Of a stretch of 64,000 nt of DNA, positions 58,812 through 64,000 are shown in pieces. The translations under genes and the position numbers were made by a program. The stretch's first letter is position 1. Each line of letters opens with the position of its first letter. Source of the stretch: a virus; the IMG/VR virus record IMGVR_UViG_3300009605_000020, positions 14,405 through 78,404 of that record. One strand, written 5' to 3'. Below the pieces are notes generated by a model. It was not told where the DNA came from. It ran no database searches and worked only from the letters and a program-made list of their open reading frames with translations.

Positions 58812-60164
58812 CTACTTATTTAGCAGAACTGCTAAAATAGAAAACCCTAGCACACCGATAGCGATGGCCCTATGGCCTTCGGAGCCTGGGTGAAGACCGT
58901 CGCCACTATTATAATTTTGGGATAACCAATCGCGAGAACCAGGCTTAATAATGCCTGTCTCTGTAGAGTTCTTCTCGGTAGTGGAAAATACCTCCCACGG
59001 GATCGCCCCATTAATAAGGCCTCCTTCCTGGCTGTGGATCCACTCATTATATTTTCTTGTTGCTGTCATTAATCTTATTCGTTTCTCGCTAGACCACACA
59101 CTTGATCTACTACCATCGGCAAGTAGGCGCGATTCGGCGCCCCATCCATACCACCCATGTAAAGTTATAACAAATCTTTTCATGCTAGACCTTTCAGATC
59201 TCAAATAATTTAAGAGAGTCGAAAGAGCATTTATAGCTCCTTGCGGGGTATAGCCCTCGTCATCTTTAATGTTGACGCCCATTCCGTTGGCCCCTCCAAA
59301 GATTATTACCGCGTCATAGTCATCTAATTTCACACACCCTGATGCGACATTTGCTTTTAAATGAGAAAGTATAGAATTAGTCTTTCCTGCTAGTACCATA
59401 CTACCTTTCGCGATTCTGTCCAGATTTAGCATTCCATCGGCACTACCCGCCCACGTGCTGTCGCCGGATACAAAGGATGCGCCAAGAGCCAACACTCGTG
59501 GCTTGGGTGATCGAGTAGATGGTCTGAAATATTCATCGCAACCTTCTATTAAAGGAGGGGGTGGTTCATAAAGGGCAGGATTTGTTGGTACGGTCATCCG
59601 AGCTTGTCCCGTATTACTAAATTGCATAGAAGCTTTATCTTCACCTTGAAGGGGGATTCTTCTATCCCATTGAACTTCTACTATAGTGGCCAGGGCGCCC
59701 CTTTCTTGGTCTTCAAACACTATTTGAACCGGAGTTCCATAATCAATTGGCCCATAGTTTTCTCCAAGCGGGGCTAAGGCATCTCTGCAAATATTAATCA
59801 AGGACTCGTCTGCCTCTCCGGTGAATTTTTTTGGCAGCTGCTTAAAACTATCCAATTCGGCTATAAAGACCTTGTAACTATAATACGTTTCAGATTTATG
59901 AACTCTATCATAGCTTGCCAAAGTGCGCTGAAAATTAGATGCAGCCCACGGTCGCGGCTGTTGTGTAGATCGAATTATAATTCCATTCCATCGGCATTTT
60001 CCCTCTAAAAGATCAGCAGAATAATAATTCTCATTGCTATTCCGAGTAGCCTCGGACACAACAACGCGAGATGGGTCGAAACTTGGCTGAGTAACAACAT
60101 TGGTCATACTGTTCATCTGACCAAATCGAATCTGAGTAATTTTGTTTATCTTTTTGTTAGTCAT
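58812..60164 (-). CDS. Carrier domain plus SGNH/GDSL hydrolase
   Basis: Shared N-terminal domain; SGNH blocks LALGASF (nucleophile Ser), IFGGANG and GDGLHPGSEGH (DxxH). Confidence 0.78.
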   Translation of the reverse strand: MTNKKINKITQIRFGQMNSMTNVVTQPSFDPSRVVVSEATRNSNENYYSADLLEGKCRWNGIIIRSTQQPRPWAASNFQRTLASYDRVHKSETYYSYKVFIAELDSFKQLPKKFTGEADESLINICRDALAPLGENYGPIDYGTPVQIVFEDQERGALATIVEVQWDRRIPLQGEDKASMQFSNTGQARMTVPTNPALYEPPPPLIEGCDEYFRPSTRSPKPRVLALGASFVSGDSTWAGSADGMLNLDRIAKGSMVLAGKTNSILSHLKANVASGCVKLDDYDAVIIFGGANGMGVNIKDDEGYTPQGAINALSTLLNYLRSERSSMKRFVITLHGWYGWGAESRLLADGSRSSVWSSEKRIRLMTATRKYNEWIHSQEGGLINGAIPWEVFSTTEKNSTETGIIKPGSRDWLSQNYNSGDGLHPGSEGHRAIAIGVLGFSILAVLLNK

Positions 60165-60169
60165 TATAA

Positions 60170-61474
60170 TTAAGCACTTAGTGTCCCAAAAATTTGACCA
60201 GCTGTACTATCTTTGTCTAGATTCTGGCGAACGGTATGCACTGCGTCCAGTATAGGCGTAATATATTTGGAATGGGCTTTGTTGCCGCCAGTCCCACTCC
60301 ACCAGGATTGACCTCTTTCAAGATTGCCAGCCCCTTCGTGATATTCGTCGTATTGTATAGGAATCCCCGCCCACTCATAAGCTATTGACTGAGCAGCGCC
60401 CTCGGCGTCGTCGTGACGGCCGGCAAAAAACATTCCAGCTCTTCCCTGCTTCCACATTATCAAAGCAGTGCCAAGTATATCTTGAGTTTCGGCACCATAA
60501 TATTTATCTTTAATGGCGTCGGTTCCCCCAGGATAATCGGCAGCTACGACTGGTATAATTAGTTTCATAGTATCTGGAATTATCTGATAGCGCCCAGCAG
60601 CAAAAAGATTTGTGCGACCTTTATCTTGTTGGCTCTGTATTTGACTAACTTTCACACTACCTATATTCGTACCGCCGAATAGTCTAGTGCTCATACGTAT
60701 GGAGCGGTAATTGTTGGCGCTTACTTTATAATTTCCCGCATCATACTGCGCCGCTCCAGCTTCGGTAGTTCCTATCACATCAAGCACCGGCTTGAACAGG
60801 TGTGAAATACTTTCAATTTCAGAATAATTTAATTTGAGGCCCGCACCAATTCGTTTTGGTTCGTGATTGCCGGATTGACCCACAAGCCGAACTTGCCGCG
60901 GAGCGGATGGTGTAGAAACCACGTTTTTAAAAAGGCCGGCAGAGCTTTTTTCTCCCTGGAGCGGGATACGCTTGTTGTGCTGAACATCAACAATAGTGGC
61001 TATGATACCTTTTTCCTGGTTATCAAATACCACTTCAACGGGAGTCCCATAATCTAAGATGCCCCAGCTTTTTCCTATGGGAGCAACCGCATCACGACAA
61101 ATATTGATTAAGTTGTTGTCCGCATCTTCAGTAAATTTGGTAGGCAATTTTCTAAAACCATCTAACTCAGCTATAAATATTTTATAGGTATAATGAGCCT
61201 GGGCCGGAGGACTTTTACTAAAAGAGGCCATGGTTCTTTCAAAGTTTGAGGTTATATAGGGTCTATTTTGTACAGTCGTTCTTAATACGATAGCGTTCCA
61301 TTGACATTTCCCTTTTAATAAATCCCCGGTAAAATAGTCTATATTGCTGCCCTGCAACGTACTGGTTACTCGAACTCTAGAAGGATCAAATGATTTGCGT
61401 CCGATTGAGTCCTTTAAAGGATTCATTTGACCAAACCGAAGGTCTTTAAGACTATTAATCTTTTTATCAATCAC
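60170..61474 (-). CDS. Carrier domain plus lambda-R-like (GH104) lytic transglycosylase/muramidase
   Basis: Shared N-terminal domain; LDVIGTTE (catalytic Glu), AAGRYQIIPDT, ETQD, EWAGIP, GQSW. Confidence 0.8.
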   Translation of the reverse strand: MIDKKINSLKDLRFGQMNPLKDSIGRKSFDPSRVRVTSTLQGSNIDYFTGDLLKGKCQWNAIVLRTTVQNRPYITSNFERTMASFSKSPPAQAHYTYKIFIAELDGFRKLPTKFTEDADNNLINICRDAVAPIGKSWGILDYGTPVEVVFDNQEKGIIATIVDVQHNKRIPLQGEKSSAGLFKNVVSTPSAPRQVRLVGQSGNHEPKRIGAGLKLNYSEIESISHLFKPVLDVIGTTEAGAAQYDAGNYKVSANNYRSIRMSTRLFGGTNIGSVKVSQIQSQQDKGRTNLFAAGRYQIIPDTMKLIIPVVAADYPGGTDAIKDKYYGAETQDILGTALIMWKQGRAGMFFAGRHDDAEGAAQSIAYEWAGIPIQYDEYHEGAGNLERGQSWWSGTGGNKAHSKYITPILDAVHTVRQNLDKDSTAGQIFGTLSA

Positions 61475-61476
61475 AA

Positions 61477-62739
61477 CTATACCACCGGGTCAAAGCCCAG
61501 CCCCCTAAGATTTCCTACAAATCTATCCGATCGGGCCGGTCGATGTTCTGCAGCGGGTCTTTCTATATTATGAAGCCACCAATCGTGGTACTCTTGTGAA
61601 GTCGTGTATTTACTGCAGTCAAGAACTGTAGAATATTGTGTTTTTAATTTGTGAGCTACAAACTGTATTTGTTTTTTGTACCCCGATTCTCCAGTTAGTA
61701 CCTTGAGCTTTTCCTCATTGCTGCTATTGGTAACTCCGGCCCACTTTAACATTTGCCATCCGAGAGCATGCTCTACGCAAACATTCATTTGAAATAACCC
61801 AAAAGAGCAATAAACTCCCTTACGAGCGCTCCACGCGCCGGGTACATAATCAACATAAATTCCGCCCGGAGAGCCGGGGCCGCCTTGACGACCAGATGAA
61901 GGGGGATCGCCAGGAACGTTTGGGTCAAATTTAGATTCGTTCAAAGCATTAACCACAATTCCATGACGTAAAGCAACACATTGGATGTCGCCATAGGTGG
62001 CAAGATCCTGAAATAATTGTTGCCCATTTCGTACACTGGCTTCTGACATCTTAATGGGTGCTCCGGAAGGAGCTGTTAGAGAGGGCCCAGGAGGGGCGCC
62101 CACAGTACCGGCTGTTCCATAGTGGCCTCTGTCGCGGCGGGCGCCAGAGATTACATTCTTGAACATATTATCGGGAGTGTCACCGGGCTGAAGAGGGATA
62201 CGTCCATCATAAAACACCTCGACTACTGTAGCGAGGCCGCGGGCGGTGGCAGAACCATGATTCTCGAATATCACCTCGATGGGTGTACCATAATCTAAAT
62301 TGCCCCAATTTTTTCCCAATGGCGCAACAGCATCGCGACAGATATTAATCAGATTTTCATCAGGCAATTCGCCATTCGGCCCAAGCGTAAAGCGTTCAGG
62401 AAAGCCGGCGCCGTGTGCTGCATCTTTTTCTATAATAATAATCTTGTAGCTATAATAAAGTTCCGTCCCCTTGGTGGTCCGATCTAGCGCCGACAAAGTT
62501 CTTTGGAAACTGGAGGCTAGCCATGGACGCCTCTGTTGAGTAGATCTTAGTACAATAGCGGGCCAGCGGCCTTTTCCTTGTAGAAGATTTGGAACAAATT
62601 GATTAATGTTCTTTGCCTGTATGGCTCCCGTAGCAGTGATGGTCGCTGTATCAAAATAGGCGGTACCCTGTGAACTTTCTAAAGGATTCATCTGGCCATA
62701 TTTAATATCTTCTATACTGTTAATTTTATCATCAGCCAT
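61477..62739 (-). CDS. Carrier domain plus phage tail lysozyme (Phage_lysozyme2-like)
   Basis: Shared N-terminal domain; GIVVNALNESKFDP, FGLFQ, QIQFV, IERPA. Confidence 0.75.
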   Translation of the reverse strand: MADDKINSIEDIKYGQMNPLESSQGTAYFDTATITATGAIQAKNINQFVPNLLQGKGRWPAIVLRSTQQRRPWLASSFQRTLSALDRTTKGTELYYSYKIIIIEKDAAHGAGFPERFTLGPNGELPDENLINICRDAVAPLGKNWGNLDYGTPIEVIFENHGSATARGLATVVEVFYDGRIPLQPGDTPDNMFKNVISGARRDRGHYGTAGTVGAPPGPSLTAPSGAPIKMSEASVRNGQQLFQDLATYGDIQCVALRHGIVVNALNESKFDPNVPGDPPSSGRQGGPGSPGGIYVDYVPGAWSARKGVYCSFGLFQMNVCVEHALGWQMLKWAGVTNSSNEEKLKVLTGESGYKKQIQFVAHKLKTQYSTVLDCSKYTTSQEYHDWWLHNIERPAAEHRPARSDRFVGNLRGLGFDPVV

Positions 62740-63042
62740 CTACTCTTCCTCGCCGTCATCATTTAGTATATCATAGAGTTCTTCTTTGTCTTCTTCTGAT
62801 AGGCCTGTGACACCCGATTGTTGTTTTTGGAGTAGAGCTGTTAGCTTTACCATCTGCTCATTAGAACGTTGTAGGTTTTCTACATACTTGGCAGCGATGG
62901 AGCCTAACTCGCGACGAGCAGAGTCACCACTCTTCATATCGTTCATGGCATCCATAAGCAATGTTTTAGCTAATGCACGATCTTCTCTAATATTGCGCGT
63001 TGCCTCGTTAATATAATCTTCTAAATTTCGCCGCTTTCCCAT
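62740..63042 (-). CDS. Helical hypothetical protein (100 aa)
   Basis: All-alpha (AKYVENLQRSNEQMVKL), acidic tail; overlaps the end of the sigma gene. Confidence 0.6.
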   Translation of the reverse strand: MGKRRNLEDYINEATRNIREDRALAKTLLMDAMNDMKSGDSARRELGSIAAKYVENLQRSNEQMVKLTALLQKQQSGVTGLSEEDKEELYDILNDDGEEE

Positions 63043-63722
63043 TTTCCTCTAAAGGTCCTATATTTTTTACGAAGTTTATTTAGGTTATTGACGACCTGTT
63101 TGGTGTTAAGCCCTGTAATCTCTCGTAAGTATAAATAAATAGCTTTTTTGTTGAAAATTTCGATATCATTTGAGGACTCAAAAAGAATTTTTACAGCATC
63201 CAACACCTTTTTCTCGTTTTCTTTAAACATATCATCGTCCCATTTCGACAGTTCTTCATAAAAATGTTTCCAGAACTCTAAATCTTCTCGGACTTGATCA
63301 TATTGTTTTTCCTGGGATATCACCTCCTCTTCGAGTTGGTTTATCATATCTTCCAGAAAAACCTCTTTTCTGGCACGGCGGGCGTTTTGTTTAACTTTAT
63401 GAATAAACCAGTTTTTTGTTACAACAGAAAAATATGAAAAGGCTTTAGATCCCTTGGAGGGGTCAAACTTATCAAGTATGGTTGTTAACCAGACTTTACA
63501 GTCCTGTCGCAGGTAGTCGATGTTCGGGAGAGATGTAAACCGATAAGTAAAAATTATTTTATTGACCATCTCATCAAAGGCCGGCTGGATTAATTCAACA
63601 TACAACTTAGTTCTTCTGTCGCGATCTGTAATCCTAGCATATTCTACTATGGCATCTTCGTGAATTTGTGTAAAATAATAATTCTTACGCCTCTTGGCGC
63701 GCTTCTTCTTCAACTTCGTCAC
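63021..63722 (-). CDS. gp55: Late-transcription sigma factor (T4 gp55-like)
   Basis: NYYFTQIHEDAIVEY, YRF, and KFDPSKGSKAFSYFSVVTKNWFI (sigma70 region 2-like); compact 233 aa. Confidence 0.75.
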   Translation of the reverse strand: MTKLKKKRAKRRKNYYFTQIHEDAIVEYARITDRDRRTKLYVELIQPAFDEMVNKIIFTYRFTSLPNIDYLRQDCKVWLTTILDKFDPSKGSKAFSYFSVVTKNWFIHKVKQNARRARKEVFLEDMINQLEEEVISQEKQYDQVREDLEFWKHFYEELSKWDDDMFKENEKKVLDAVKILFESSNDIEIFNKKAIYLYLREITGLNTKQVVNNLNKLRKKYRTFRGKWESGEI

Positions 63723-64000
63723 TATCTAACTCCTCTTCTAGAGATTCCATATCTAATGTCAAGTCGTATATATCTTCAAATTTTTCTAGCTCTTTACGAA
63801 TAAATTTGATTTTGCTAATCAACTCTTGTATAACTGGCTCTCCATAAAACACATCCATATTATAAAGAGAATCGCAAAACTTCTCGAATACTCGAAAAGC
63901 AATATATAGATCTCCCAAATTATCCGATGTATACAACAACTTGGCGAGAACCTTATAACCATACCATATTAAAAATATATTTAAGAAGATAGAGAAGATA
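63685..64000 (-). CDS. Membrane-anchored hypothetical protein, 5' end beyond the window
   Basis: Frame stays open to the right edge (IFSIFLNIFLIWYGYKVLAKLLYTSD...MDVFYGEPVIQEL). Confidence 0.6.
   Translation of the reverse strand, partial: IFSIFLNIFLIWYGYKVLAKLLYTSDNLGDLYIAFRVFEKFCDSLYNMDVFYGEPVIQELISKIKFIRKELEKFEDIYDLTLDMESLEEELDSDEVEEEARQEA

Noticed and set aside
197-63016. Many plus-strand and nested short ORFs in the track (for example 56049..56735, 5178..5657, 12372..12851)
   Set aside because: They lie inside long minus-strand genes, lack recognisable motifs and look like antisense shadows of codon bias.
62740-63042. Small terminase call for the 100-aa helical protein
   Set aside because: Size and helicity fit, but no diagnostic motif was recognised and it is far from terL.
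1-64000. Stop-codon reassignment, as in some large phages
   Set aside because: Conserved genes are full length in code 11, coding density is near complete, and TAA, TAG and TGA all end genes at sensible positions.

Overview
A 64-kb, almost fully coding, single-orientation (minus-strand) segment of a large T4-related myophage genome read in the standard code. In transcription order (right to left) it holds: a gp55-like late sigma factor; three tandem paralogs that share a ~185-aa N-terminal domain but carry three different cell-wall enzymes; a separate HxH-tipped spike protein; a baseplate module (2375-aa protein, gp25, gp6, DNRLRE-like protein, 3767-aa gp7-like wedge with LamG lectin domains, tail-collar-like proteins); RuvC, primase and a fused Mre11-Rad50 (SbcD-SbcC); a holin/spanin-like trio; TerL, portal and prohead protease; candidate internal head proteins; a phage ribosomal protein bS21; and fibre/adhesin genes. 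The best candidate for an undescribed system is at 57651-62739: an apparently split and triplicated gp5-type tail spike whose three carrier paralogs bear a phage tail lysozyme, a lambda-R-like lytic transglycosylase and an SGNH esterase (possibly a peptidoglycan de-O-acetylase). Other signals are a recurrent ACTAWWTA motif before late genes (resembling the reverse complement of the T4 late promoter), a pervasive hydrophobic-[ST]-[GAS]-[STA] tetrapeptide in virion proteins, LxE cleavage/targeting motifs, and two unannotated micro-ORFs. No tRNA, rRNA, CRISPR array, intron, intein or mobile element was seen. All family calls come from motif recognition by eye, not database searches.
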